Of a stretch of 64,000 bases of DNA, positions 30,959 through 42,070 are shown piece by piece. How positions within the stretch are numbered: position 1 is the stretch's first letter; each line of letters starts with the position of its first letter. Under the pieces are notes generated by a model. That model was not told the origin of the DNA and made no database searches. It saw only the letters and a program-made list of their open reading frames with translations. Source of the DNA: Chloropicon primus. Its lineage: Eukaryota. A program made the position numbers and the translations under genes. Location: positions 186,001 through 250,000 of the forward strand of contig CP060772.1 of NCBI GenBank assembly GCA_023205875.1. The letters are read 5' to 3'.

Positions 30959-32176
30959 ATGACCCTGGAGGCTGGCCTGGCGAGGGCGATTCATTCGGAG
31001 GTGAGGGCGCCTCGCGTGCGTTACGACCTGAGCCACGCATGCCGTAACGGCAGAGCCTCGCGGTCATCCACGGCCTGCGATGCATCGGGCAGCAGGTGGT
31101 CTGAGGCTCCTGAGAACAAGTCTGCTGGTGACTCGAAGGGTGGCTCGAAGTGGAGACTCGTGAGCAAGACTCAGGGGAAGAAGGCCTCACTGTCCTTCGG
31201 TGGCGAGGGGTCGTCCTTCTTCACGTTTAGGGCGACGCACGAGCTGAGCAGCAGCGGGAGTGCGATGGACGAGGACAGCGTTCGAAAAATATTGGACACG
31301 AGGAAGGAGAGCTTCGTGCTCTGCCCGGAGGAGGTGGAGGTGTTGATGGCCAAGGGTGGCTTTGAGACCAAGGAGGATCTCCTGTTGGAGCTCGTGAAGA
31401 ACACGGCTCACCTCTCTCTTCCTCCCATTAGCAACTTTCACGTGAGCTGCGCGGCCCTGGGCTCGAGCGGACGCGTCTACATTGGCGTGAACATAGAGTT
31501 CCGCGAGCTCCCGCTGCCTTCCGCGCTCCACGCCGAGCAATTCCTCGTGATGAACGCCTTTCAGCACCAGGAGGAGGCCCTCGAGATCCTGTACATCTCT
31601 CACGTGCCGTGCGGCCACTGCAGGCAGTTCATGTGCGAGCTCCACAGGTCCGAGCACATGACGATCCTGATCAACGGGATAGAGGGGGAGAGGTTCACGC
31701 TGCCCCAGCTCCTGCCTCTCAGGTTCACGCCGAGGGATCTCATCGGTGACGAGGCCAGGTTCTTGTTCCAGCCCAGGGACAACGAGCTGCGTTTGCCGAA
31801 AGAGGTGGAGGAGAGCTTGCGGGAGGGCGGCGAAACGCTCGAGGCGGCCATGGCAGAAAGGGCTCTCAAGGAAGCCAACGCTTCGTACGCTCCGTACAGC
31901 AACTGCCCGTCTGGGCTGTGCCTTTCCGATGCCAGCGGCAACCTCTACGGCGGCTGCTTGGTCGAGAGTGCGGCTTACAACCCAACGGTGAGTCCGTTGC
32001 ACTCTGCTTTGGTCAACGGTTTGGTGAACGGCCTAGGAGGCTGGGAGGCGATAACTCAAGTAACCTTGGTGGAGGCGAAGGATGCCGCCGTGAAGCACGA
32101 GCACGTCATCCGAGAGTGCCTGAAATTTATTTGCCCCGGTGCAAAGTATACTGTCCTTCCCGCGGAAGGAAAGTAG
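30959..32176 (+). CDS. CDA: Cytidine deaminase, two-domain plant/E. coli type, with N-terminal extension
   Basis: PISNFHV, GVNIEF, LHAEQF, PCGHCRQF, SYAPYSNCPSG, ESAAYNPTVSPL. Confidence 0.93.
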   Translation: MTLEAGLARAIHSEVRAPRVRYDLSHACRNGRASRSSTACDASGSRWSEAPENKSAGDSKGGSKWRLVSKTQGKKASLSFGGEGSSFFTFRATHELSSSGSAMDEDSVRKILDTRKESFVLCPEEVEVLMAKGGFETKEDLLLELVKNTAHLSLPPISNFHVSCAALGSSGRVYIGVNIEFRELPLPSALHAEQFLVMNAFQHQEEALEILYISHVPCGHCRQFMCELHRSEHMTILINGIEGERFTLPQLLPLRFTPRDLIGDEARFLFQPRDNELRLPKEVEESLREGGETLEAAMAERALKEANASYAPYSNCPSGLCLSDASGNLYGGCLVESAAYNPTVSPLHSALVNGLVNGLGGWEAITQVTLVEAKDAAVKHEHVIRECLKFICPGAKYTVLPAEGK

Positions 32177-32330
32177 CGCCACCAGAGGCGTCGAAAGGAA
32201 TTAGGGTGAAGGGTACCTATTTACGAATTAATAATATCACAAAGGGAAAGGGAGAAAAAAATCTTTACGCTTCTACATCACAAAGAGTCCCGGTATTGAT
32301 TCGTGCATCGAAAGAGAGTTCCTCAAAGAG

Positions 32331-32989
32331 CTACTTGTCGACGGACTTTTGCTGCTCCTTGGCTTGGTGGTGGCTCGCGACCCTGTAGAGCTGGTAAAAC
32401 GCAGTCAAGCCCATGACAAAGTTCACGGTCATCAAATTGTAGTTTACCTGCAGAGAGAGAGAGAGAGAGCGAGAGGTCAGCGCATTCTTGGCCGAGAGGA
32501 ACAACCAAATGCGGCAGCTCGCGACGGACGACTTACAGGCTTGATTTGAGTGGAGAACCTTGCCCAGATCATGCCGGTGAGACCCACGGCTGCCGAGGCG
32601 GGGGAGGAAACCAAAGAAAGACAGGAAAAGAACGAATGATCTCGTCTTGTCAGCTTGATGAGATGGAACAAGGGCCAAGGCAGCCTCGTTGGACGTACCG
32701 CACTGCTGTGGGACGGACACCTTCTCGACAGGACTGCTAAAGTCCGCGATATTCGCGGCCGAGATGCCCCACTTGAAAGTTGGCGCCCAAAAGTGAACTT
32801 TGGACAGGCAAAGGAAAGGTGAAGAACAACCACCAGAGAGACAGAGACAGAGAGAGAGAGAGAGCGTGCAAGTGTGTGCGTGTGTCAGGGGAATGGCGAG
32901 GGAAAGATCCCACGAGCAACAAACTCACTGGTCTTCGGTCCCGCCGGGTGGTTCCAAAACTGCTTGACCTGGTTCGCCACGGAGGCCAT
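32331..32989 (-). CDS. MPC2: Mitochondrial pyruvate carrier (MPC2-like), 4 exons
   Basis: FWNHPAGPKT|IHFWAPTFKWGIS.ANIAD...QQC|AVGLTGMIWARFSTQIKP|VNYNLMTVNF assembled across three GT-AG introns. Confidence 0.9.
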
Positions 32990-33191
32990 GACGATAAGCG
33001 GTGGTGGTGCCTGAAGCTCGTCTCGATGAAAGAACAAAGAAAGGATCGATGCGAAGCCAAGGGGATCGACGCAACTCCGATTCGTCCTCCTCGTCCTCCC
33101 TCCTCCTCTTGCGTTGGTGATGGAATGAAACATGAGCAAACAAGGAAGAAGAACGTGTGTCGTCGGATGAGTCTCTCTATCCAATCATCTT

Positions 33192-33496
33192 CGCCATTCG
33201 CTTCGTTCCAGAGGTCGATGGAAAGAGAATTTCGTAATGCTTCCACCTCCATGGGTCCTCGCCGCCCTCGACGCCGTCCTCGTGCCGAAATTCGGTCCAG
33301 AACTCACCTGACTCGTGCGAAAGAAAACAGAACGAGGGCACGTGCCTTTCAGTGCTTCAAAATCTTCACCAGCACGCCATTCGCTTCGTTCCAGAGGTCG
33401 ATGGAAAGAGAATTTCGTAACGCTTCCATTGATCTGGGTCCTGGACGCACTCGATGCCGTCCTCGTGACGAAATTCGGTCCAGAACTCACCTGACT
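33192..33496. repeat. Direct duplication, 183-bp period
   Basis: 33192-33313 is nearly identical to 33375-33496. Confidence 0.9.
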
Positions 33497-33610
33497 TTTT
33501 AGAGGTCGACGAAACCTCTTTTGTTGTGATTATTGATATTTTTTGGGAGGAAATCACCCTTCTTTCGTTTACACCAAAACACACACACACGGATGAATGA
33601 GACTTTTCTT

Positions 33611-33952
33611 CTTCCCCTTGTGACTGTCTCCTCCCTCAGCATTGTGTGCAGCAGCATTGTGGACGCTTTCTTTCTTTGGAGCCTCCTCCTCCTGCTCCTC
33701 CTGCTCCTCCTGCTCCTCCTCCACCACCGGGAAGCAGTGTGAAAGACAAGGAAGACTCTCTCCACGAGCCCTTCCCCTTAGACTCGGAGTTCTGTCTTCC
33801 CCTTGTAGCCGTCTCCTCCCTCAGCACTGTGTGCAGCAGCATTGTGAACGCTTTCTTTCTTTGGAGCCTCCTCCTCCTGCTCCTCCTGCTCCTCCTCCAC
33901 CACTGGGAAGCAGCGTGAAAGACAAGGAAGACTCTCTCCACGAGCCCTTCCC
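33611..33952. repeat. Direct duplication, ~185-bp period
   Basis: 33611-33776 matches 33796-33952, differing by one 9-bp CTCCTGCTC unit and a few substitutions. Confidence 0.9.
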
Positions 33953-34455
33953 GTTCCTGTCCGGGAGTGGGAGCAATGCAGCGGAAGCTTTCTTTGGTAT
34001 CACCGGGGCGGGGGTGGGCTTCCAGGGAAAGCGAAGTCCGCGACCTGCAGTCCTCGGGTTCGAGGAGATCCTTGATCGGGAACGCTTGACGACATGATGA
34101 TGATGATGATGATCGTCGTTTCCTGCTGTGGTGTGCTGTGGAACGTCACTGGCGGAACATTCATTTCAAGACGTCCGCTAAGAGACTGCATGTTTCGGTC
34201 GTTCTTATAGATTACGCTTGTTGTGGGTGGTGTGTTGTGTTGTGTTGTCGAACGTCTATGAAAGAATTTGTGAAATGCGCTGACCGAAAGGCTGCTGAGG
34301 GGGGGAGCAAGAGGGCCAAAGGACCTTTCCATTCTCCTGAGAAGAGGGGAGAGAGAGGAAAGAGAGAAGAGAGCAGAGAGAGGAGGAGTGGAGGAAAAGG
34401 GGATTGAGGTGGATTGATCATCATCATACCTTGATCGGATTCTTTGATCACAAAA

Positions 34456-37005
34456 ATGGTGAGAAGTGCCGTCCACGTTTACCTCAGGACGAGGCCGACG
34501 AGCGCAGGAAGTTCCTCCCTCTCTGTGCAGCAAGATGGGAAGACCATCAAGATGCTTTTGCCGAAAAATGCGGAAGCGGGACTGATCAACAACCAGCTTG
34601 AGCACTTGCTGTTCAAGTACGACGGAATTCTTCCCAAGGCCAGCCAGGAGACCGTCTACAGCACTTGTGCACAAGACGTGGTTGACCATGTATTGCGAGG
34701 ATATAATGGGACCATCTTTGCGTATGGACAGACTGGAGCTGGGAAGACTTACACGATGAGCGGAGACACGCAGTCGTACCAGCAGAGAGGAATCGTTCCG
34801 CGTGCCATCCACCAGATCTTCAAGGAGATTGACATGAGGGTGGACCAAGAGGTTGTGGTGAGGGCGAGTTACTTGGAGATATACAACGAGGTGATGTATG
34901 ACCTGCTGGCGGACCACTTTGACACCTTGGTGCCTTCCACGGGGGCCTCCTCGATGGACGGCTACGGGCAATCGTCCGAGCAGTACGGCATTAACCACCG
35001 TGATGCGATGGGTGGGTCCAAGAAGGGGCACCACAAGGGAACCGCCGTCGGCGACCCGTACAGCGGTCACTTTCTGGGGAGTTCTTACAAGAAGGACACT
35101 CTCCACGTGGTGGACGCTGAGGTGAAGGGATTGGTGAAGAGGGTCGCGAACACAGAGGAGGAGGCCTTGGCCCTGTTCTTCGCTGGAGAATCCATCAGGT
35201 CCACAAGCAAGCACGCCCTGAACTCGAACTCGAGCAGGAGTCATTGCATCTTTACCCTGTACCTGGAGACCAAGCAGGGCTCCGACTCTCTGGGCATGAA
35301 GGGCCTTCAGTCCAAGCTCACTTGCGTTGACTTGGCAGGAAGCGAGCGCACCAAGAAGACCCACGCCTCTGGTCAGACGCTGAAGGAGGCCATGTTCATC
35401 AACAAGTCACTTAGTTTCTTGGAGCAGACGGTCAACGCCTTGTCCAAGGCCTCTCACTCCCGCGGTGCATCGTCTGGAGGTCGAAGGGTGCTGGGGGAGG
35501 ATGGAACCTCGGCCTCTTCCGACCAGGGCAACGCCTTTGTGCCCTTCAGGCAAAGCAAGCTCACGAGCGTTCTCAAGGACGCGTTGGGCGGTAACTGCAA
35601 GACAGTGATGATCGGGAACATCTGGCCGGAGGACAGGCACCTGGAGGAAACCATCTCGACGCTGAGGTTTGCTTCGAGGGTGAGGCAGCTCACCACCAAT
35701 GCCGTGGTCAACGAGAGGAGGGATCCCGAATTCCTGGTCAAGAAGTACGAGCGTCAAGTGGCTAACTTGAAGCAGGAGCTCGCGATGCGGGATGCTTTGA
35801 GCGGCACGAGCAACAGGCTGTCGTCCAGGTACGGGTCGTTCAGCGAAGCGGAGAAGCAGGAGATCAAGAGGATCGCGAGGAAGATGTTAAACGGGGAGAC
35901 CCCGATCGAGGACGTGACGCTGCACTCGTTGAATTACATCCGAGAGCTGTTCATGCAGGTGAAGCAGTGCGCGGATGAGCAGAAGAGCGAGCTCGGAAAC
36001 AAGCACGCCAGCGCGATGCTGGAGCTGGAGACGAAGCTGAAGCAGTTTGGAAGCGATGCTACCAAGGTGGAGGCGGCGAGCAAGGCGGATGAGGGCAAGG
36101 CGGCGTCGGACGAGGCGGCGAGCGCGGCCGTTGGGGAGTCGGACAAGCCCAGTGGGTTTCACGTGGGGAACGCTCCTTCGGATGCCAGGCCAGACCGCGG
36201 GGCGGGGACTCCAGTCGCTTCCATGCAGAACCAAGAGGATTTGGCGGACACGTACCAAGACGTCAGCGCTCCGATGCCGTTGGACCTTTCTCCTGCCCTC
36301 GGCACGAGCATGAGCGGGTCGATAGACAAGTCCACGGCCTTTGACCTTTTCAAGTACGAGGTGGAGGAGGGAAGGAACCTGAGCATGATCCTCAAGGAGA
36401 GGAAAAAGAGGCTGACTGACTTGAGGCACAACTTGAGAGACCAGACCATGGAACTGAATTCGGGCAAGGAGGAGATCGATTCGCTGACCCACGCTCTGAA
36501 GAACAGGGAAGGGACCAAGTCCGAGGGGGACCAAGACGTGGTGGACGAGGAGCAATACAAGTACATGCAGAGCCTAAAGACCGCGAAGAGAAACTACAGG
36601 GAAGTTTATCAGAAGGTCAGGGACTCGCAGTTGCAAGTGCAAACGTGCTCGAGGGATGTCGTTGCTGCCAAGGTGGACCTCTACAAGCGTTTCAACGACT
36701 GGTACCCAAGGACCATGGCGAATGTGGTGTCCAGGGACGAGCTCTTAGCCAAGATGAACAGCCTTTCTGTGCAAGCGGACGAGGAGAACGAACTTCTCGA
36801 CGCGTCCGAACACTTTGACAAGGTCGAGATGCAGAGAATCATCCTGGAGGACCCAGATTCGCTCGCGTTCCACACCGCCAAGAAGAGCTTGAAGAAGATG
36901 ACGCCTCTCGCCAAGGGCAAGACGCTGAGGGGAGAGAAGGCGAAAGCGACCATGACGAGGAGGATGGAGAGGGACCTGGCTTTGAACTTCGGGCTCAAGC
37001 AATAA
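34456..37005 (+). CDS. Kinesin-9 (KIF9/KLP1-like)
   Basis: VYLRTRPT, GQTGAGKT, NSNSSRSH, DLAGSER, KEAMFINKSLSFLEQ, LKQELAMRDAL. Confidence 0.9.
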   Translation: MVRSAVHVYLRTRPTSAGSSSLSVQQDGKTIKMLLPKNAEAGLINNQLEHLLFKYDGILPKASQETVYSTCAQDVVDHVLRGYNGTIFAYGQTGAGKTYTMSGDTQSYQQRGIVPRAIHQIFKEIDMRVDQEVVVRASYLEIYNEVMYDLLADHFDTLVPSTGASSMDGYGQSSEQYGINHRDAMGGSKKGHHKGTAVGDPYSGHFLGSSYKKDTLHVVDAEVKGLVKRVANTEEEALALFFAGESIRSTSKHALNSNSSRSHCIFTLYLETKQGSDSLGMKGLQSKLTCVDLAGSERTKKTHASGQTLKEAMFINKSLSFLEQTVNALSKASHSRGASSGGRRVLGEDGTSASSDQGNAFVPFRQSKLTSVLKDALGGNCKTVMIGNIWPEDRHLEETISTLRFASRVRQLTTNAVVNERRDPEFLVKKYERQVANLKQELAMRDALSGTSNRLSSRYGSFSEAEKQEIKRIARKMLNGETPIEDVTLHSLNYIRELFMQVKQCADEQKSELGNKHASAMLELETKLKQFGSDATKVEAASKADEGKAASDEAASAAVGESDKPSGFHVGNAPSDARPDRGAGTPVASMQNQEDLADTYQDVSAPMPLDLSPALGTSMSGSIDKSTAFDLFKYEVEEGRNLSMILKERKKRLTDLRHNLRDQTMELNSGKEEIDSLTHALKNREGTKSEGDQDVVDEEQYKYMQSLKTAKRNYREVYQKVRDSQLQVQTCSRDVVAAKVDLYKRFNDWYPRTMANVVSRDELLAKMNSLSVQADEENELLDASEHFDKVEMQRIILEDPDSLAFHTAKKSLKKMTPLAKGKTLRGEKAKATMTRRMERDLALNFGLKQ

Positions 37006-37174
37006 CATTGAGGGACGGAAGTGAAAAAAAATAAACACAAAACAAGGCCTGGAATGAGAAAATTCTTACACGTTCTTTTTTTGGTTGGTTTGCTTGCGCT
37101 TGCTCAATTTCTTTCTTTTTTCTCTTTCGAAAGTGTGCGTGCGTGTATGTGCGTGCGTATCGAGTTTTGCCGCT

Positions 37175-37942
37175 CTACAACTTTGGGGCTTTTCCCTGCG
37201 TGGCCTCCGCGTAGTAGCCGTTCACGGCCTCCCAGTTGACGACCGACCAGAAGTTCTGGATGTACTCGGGTCTCTTGTTCTGGTACTTGAGGTAGTACGC
37301 TGCGAACGAACAAAATGGGGTGAAGAGCGCACAGGAGGCAAGCCAAGAGAAGAGAGGTGTTTGTGTTAGGAGAGGCACGCCTCCTGGACTTGTGGATTTT
37401 TCCTACTCACCGTGTTCCCAGACGTCCAAGCCCAAGACAGGGATGCACGCTTGATCGACGACGTTCGCCATCAGAGGGTTGTCCTGGTTCGCCGTCGAAG
37501 TGATAGTGAGCTTGCCACCCTCTTCCACGCCGAGCCAGGCCCATCCGGACCCGAACCTCCCCGCAGCCGCGGCGTTGAACTTGGATTTCATCTCGTCCAT
37601 GGACCCGAAGGCGCCATCGATGGCGGCCTTGAGCTCGCTCGAGGGCCCGTTCGTGGACGACGGAGGGGCGAGAACCGTCCAGAAGAAGGAGTGATTCCAG
37701 TGACCACCTCCGTTGTTCCTCACATTCGTCATCTGATCCGCTGGTATCTCACTCGTTCCGATCTTCTGGTTCAGGGTGAGCAAGTCCATGGACCCAAGCT
37801 CAGGACACGCGCCCACAGCCGCGTTCATCTTCGTCACGTAAGTGTTGTGATGCTTCGTGTGGTGGATCGTCATCGTCGTTCCATCGATGTGAGGCTCCAA
37901 TGCCTCATATCCGTAATTCAAGCTCGGCAACTGAAACGTCAT
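37175..37942 (-). CDS. Manganese superoxide dismutase; exons 37942-37411 and 37299-37175
   Basis: [49 protein letters not shown]. Confidence 0.93.
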
Positions 37943-38052
37943 CCTCTTCCTCTGGTCTTCGTGTCTTGGGTTCTCTGCTTTGATGGCTGAAGAGATCGAA
38001 AGAAAATCCGCTTTCAGCTCCTCGTAACGCTCGAAAAAAAACCGTTACAAGG

Positions 38053-38337
38053 GGTCGATGGAAAGATCTCGAGGCATGGAAGACAGCTGCGCCATCTCTT
38101 TCCCGTAATCGACGCCCTCGTAACGAAAATCCTCCTCAAAAGTGACTCACTCCAGCACACCTCGAACCAAGCTTCACTCTCACGTTTCGTACTCAAGCTT
38201 GTCGTGAATGGCGTCAAAATCGTCGATGGAGGAGGTCGATGGAAAGATCTCGAGACGAGGAAGACATCTTCCCGGTCTCTTTCCCCCGTAACCGACGCCC
38301 TCGTAACGAAAATCCTCCTCAAAAGTGACTCACTCCA
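38053..38337. repeat. Direct duplication, 181-183-bp period, upstream of SOD
   Basis: 38053-38154 matches 38234-38337. Confidence 0.88.
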
Positions 38338-38613
38338 AACTCACCTCCTTTTTGGGTTTCGTTCGTGAAAAATGATGGAGTCACTTTTTAGGGTTAGGGT
38401 TTGGTTTTCTCAAGGAGCATAACGAGTGTAAACTAGGGTTACTACACTCATGCCTACACATTCGATTACGGACGTTACCCATTTAAGTAGATGTGTACAC
38501 GTTGAGGTAGCCTCAGGGTAACGTCTTAAGAGGGAAGGAGGGAAATGCGGCGATTTCTCGTGTGGAGGATGAGATCACTCGTGTGGACGACAAGGACGAC
38601 TGAGGAGGAAGGT

Positions 38614-38962
38614 TTTCGGAGGGAAAGGGAGGAGAGGGGTTGAAGAAGAGGGGATCGAGAGACGCATCATTCGAAAGATCATCTCACGAGCTTTCCATTG
38701 ATACCTTACTTGACTGGTTTTGGGTTCCGAATCAGTCGCTTCCATCGACGGAGAAGGCATTGAGTTTGAAAGCAGAGGGTCCATTCCGTTCCCCGTTTCG
38801 GAGGGAAAGGGAGGAGAGGGGGTGAAGCAGAGGGGATCGAGAGACGCGTCGTTCGAAAGATCATCTCACGAGCTTTCTAGGGAGTGGTCACTCGACTGGT
38901 TTCGGGTTCCGAATCAGTCGCTTCCATCGACGGAGAAGGCATTGAGTTTGAAAGCAGAGGGT
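38614..38962. repeat. Direct duplication, 182-bp period, upstream of bL17
   Basis: 38614-38780 matches 38796-38962. Confidence 0.92.
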
Positions 38963-38977
38963 TGAGTTGGGTTGAGG

Positions 38978-39430
38978 ATGAGAGGAGGAGGGAGGAGGCT
39001 CGGGAGAAAAACGAGCCACAGGCTGGCAATGCTGAGGACGATGGCGAATCAGTTGGTGGAGCACCAGAGGATTCGGACGACTTTGGCGAAGGCGAAGGAG
39101 TTGAAACCAATCGCGGAGAAGATGGTGTCGCTGGGGAAGAGAGGGACGATAGAGGCGAGGAAGAAGGCGGCGTCGTTCTTGAGGACGGACGATGCGTTGC
39201 ATAGGGTGTTCACGGAGATGGCGGAGCGTTACAAGCTCAGGGAGGGGGGTTACACGAGGCTGATGCATTTGCCGGCGAGGCAGAAGGACGGGGCGAAGAT
39301 GGCCGTGATAGAGTACGTGGACAGGGAGGGAGAGATCTGGCCGGCAAAGCCGCCGAGACCGAACCAGAACTTGCCCAAGCAACTCTACCCTCTCGCGGCT
39401 CAAGCTGCGATGAGGGGCAAGAGCTCGTGA
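38978..39430 (+). CDS. MRPL17: Organellar (likely mitochondrial) ribosomal protein bL17
   Basis: RLGRKTSHRLAMLR, RIRTTLAKAKE, RYKLREGGYTR, DGAKMAVIEYVDR. Confidence 0.9.
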   Translation: MRGGGRRLGRKTSHRLAMLRTMANQLVEHQRIRTTLAKAKELKPIAEKMVSLGKRGTIEARKKAASFLRTDDALHRVFTEMAERYKLREGGYTRLMHLPARQKDGAKMAVIEYVDREGEIWPAKPPRPNQNLPKQLYPLAAQAAMRGKSS

Positions 39431-39629
39431 TGGACGGGATCTGCATCTGCCCACTACGACTCACGTCGTCAACGAGTCAAGACGACGACGACAACGACGA
39501 CGACGACGACGCGTGTTGTGTACGACTAGTCTAAATACTGTACAAAATGAACCAGACGCCGGTTAGGTTAGGTTAGGTTATTCTTTTTACGTTCACACAT
39601 TGTTTGGCCCGACCGCCGAAGCAGACACT

Positions 39630-40382
39630 TTAGGCTCCTCTCAAGTTGGCGAGCCTGTTCGCCAAGTCGTCCTCCTCGTTCTGCTGCTGCGTCACTCCCT
39701 GGGGCTGGACGGTGCCGACGCCGGCGTTCGGCATCAGCATACCCGTCTCCAGACCGTGCTCGTCCGCGACCTGCATCATCAGGTTGTTGACCTCGTCCTC
39801 CGGCGTAGACATGGCCTGCTGGTTGCCCATGGCTTCCTGCACGCACTCCGACTGCACGTCTAAGCTCTCGAACTGCTTCTCGAACTGGTCCATGGTCTAG
39901 CCGCCGGGGGTGGGGGGTGGGGAGGGAAACAAAAAGATCAAAGTCTCGTCGTCAGCAAGAAGAAACCCTACCATCCAATCCACGAGCGAGCGAGCGAGCG
40001 AGTTGTTCTCCTCATCACTCACCTGGCTGACCTGCTCCAAGTTGTTCGACTGGAGCGCCCTGTCCAGAGCCTTGACAATGCCAGCCATGCTCTTGTTCAC
40101 CGTGTTCATCTTGGACTGAGTCTCAAGCTTGGACACCACAGCATCAAGTCTGCTGGCGAGCTTCAAGTAATTCAGCTGCTCCGTGTGCTTCCTGATCGCG
40201 TTCTGGGCGTAAATCCTTGCACCATCGATGTTCCCCTTCTCAATCGCTTTCTTCACCTTAAGCTTCTCGCTCTTCTCGTCCTTGACACACTTGTTCGCCG
40301 ACCGGGTCAGTTGCTTGCTCGTGAACTTCAGGTTGAAGATCTGATCAAGAAGCTGCTTCTCTGAGGATGCACCAACTCCCAT
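39630..40382 (-). CDS. CHMP1: ESCRT-III CHMP1/Vps46/Did2, one intron (~39900-40022)
   Basis: [52 protein letters not shown] (MIM1). Confidence 0.93.
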
Positions 40383-42070
40383 CACGACGACGCTATCTAA
40401 ACCTCAAAACACACACACAACCAAATCTTCTACTTCAACAGGCCTCTCTCTCTCTCTCTCTACTGTGTCCCGTCGTGGGTTGAACTGAACTGAACTCTCG
40501 GAGCACTTTGGTAACGCACTCTCGTCCGTTAGCTAGCGAAGATTTTGAAACACACATCCTCCTCCTCCTCCTCCAGCACCACCGTGTCTTACCTCTTTCA
40601 ATGCCTCTCCCTCTATGAAATGGAATGAAATGATGTTCTTCTTGTTGATGAAGATGATGAAAGTTGAATTCTGTTCCTGTCGTCAGAGCAAAACACGGGA
40701 CAAGAGTTTCAGTAACGCACTCTCGTCCGTTACTAAATGAAGGAACACATCCCTCCTCCTCCTCCTCCTCCTCGTCGTCTTCTTACCCGTGGATGGTGCT
40801 GGTCTGTTGCCATGCCAAAGGACAAGCGAGAGAGAGAGAAGCGATGCGATGCGATGCGATGAAGAAAACGAAGAAGAAGAAGAAGTCAGAGATCACCAGA
40901 GGGAATGGTTTAGGGTAAGGACGAAGGGGATGGATGCTTCCGTGGTCGTCACGTACCTCTTGCCCTCAATGCGCTCCTCAATCCCTCTCTCTCGAGACGT
41001 TCTCCGCGTCCTCTTGATCTCCGCAAGGGAGAACATTTCCAAAATTAAATTCCAAATTAAAACAAGGGAAGATCTACTCTACACGTAATTCACATTTGAA
41101 GTACTGGAAACATTTCTGTTCTTTAAGAGACATCTAGTCATTATGAAGAGATTTACCACTACGTGTAGATCTGTTCAGTGTGATGTAATAGAACAATTGT
41201 TACTAGGTAATGTGAGAGAAAGAACGTGTCACGAGTGTAATAGGAAAGCCGAAAGAGATCAAAATCGCCGAGAGATCCATCGCGCCCAGAGAGAGAGGGA
41301 GAAGGCGAGGCATTCCGCGGCGTGTTTTGACCCACTGGAGGGTCTCTTTGGTGGTAGAAGGTCTCCATAGATTGAATATTCATCTCGAGATCTTTCGAAC
41401 GAACTCTCGCTCGTCCATTTTGGTTCATGTTCGAGCAAGGTCCACGTGAATTCGTGATTTCGTGTTTCAGGAAGTTCGAGTGTGCATCGCCAACAAGGAA
41501 AGGGAAGAGAAGGGGAGGAGATCGAGGGTATTGAGGGGGGAGAGCATCACAAGGGGAAGATTCGTGTCGAGATCTTTCGAACGAACTCTCGGACGTCTCG
41601 TCTGACGCGAGAAATACCAAGTTGGTCGAAAGATTCTTCCAAGGCAAGGACGAGGAGACACCTACTGGAGTGTCAGGTGAGTTTTCGTTTTCGGCGTGCG
41701 TTACGAGGAAGAGAGCGAGACGTTACGAGTTGGCGAGGTGCATCTCATCACGATGTCTCGAAACCCGAACATGACGCTTCTCCCTTCCTCGATGGAGCGC
41801 ACGCAACGAAGAGATGAGAGAGAGAGAGAGAGAGAAGAGATGAGAGAACCAATTTTTTTGTTCGTCTGGTGGCTGGATTGTTGTTGTGTTGGATGGTTCA
41901 TTCCACTCCACTCCGTTCCATCAGTCTTCTCCTTTGTCGTGGGTGATCTCTCCCTCGTAAACTGACACGCTCCTCCCCCTCCGCCTCTCTCTCTCTCTCT
42001 CTCTCGTAGGAGTACTGGACAACTGAAACGGGTTTCGGGTTGGTTGGCAATCCATCCATTCCCTTCTGAT

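Noticed and set aside
33499..34003. Short Gly/Arg-rich ORFs in the duplicated segment
   Set aside because: Derived from CTC/CTG repeats, frames interrupted, non-ATG starts
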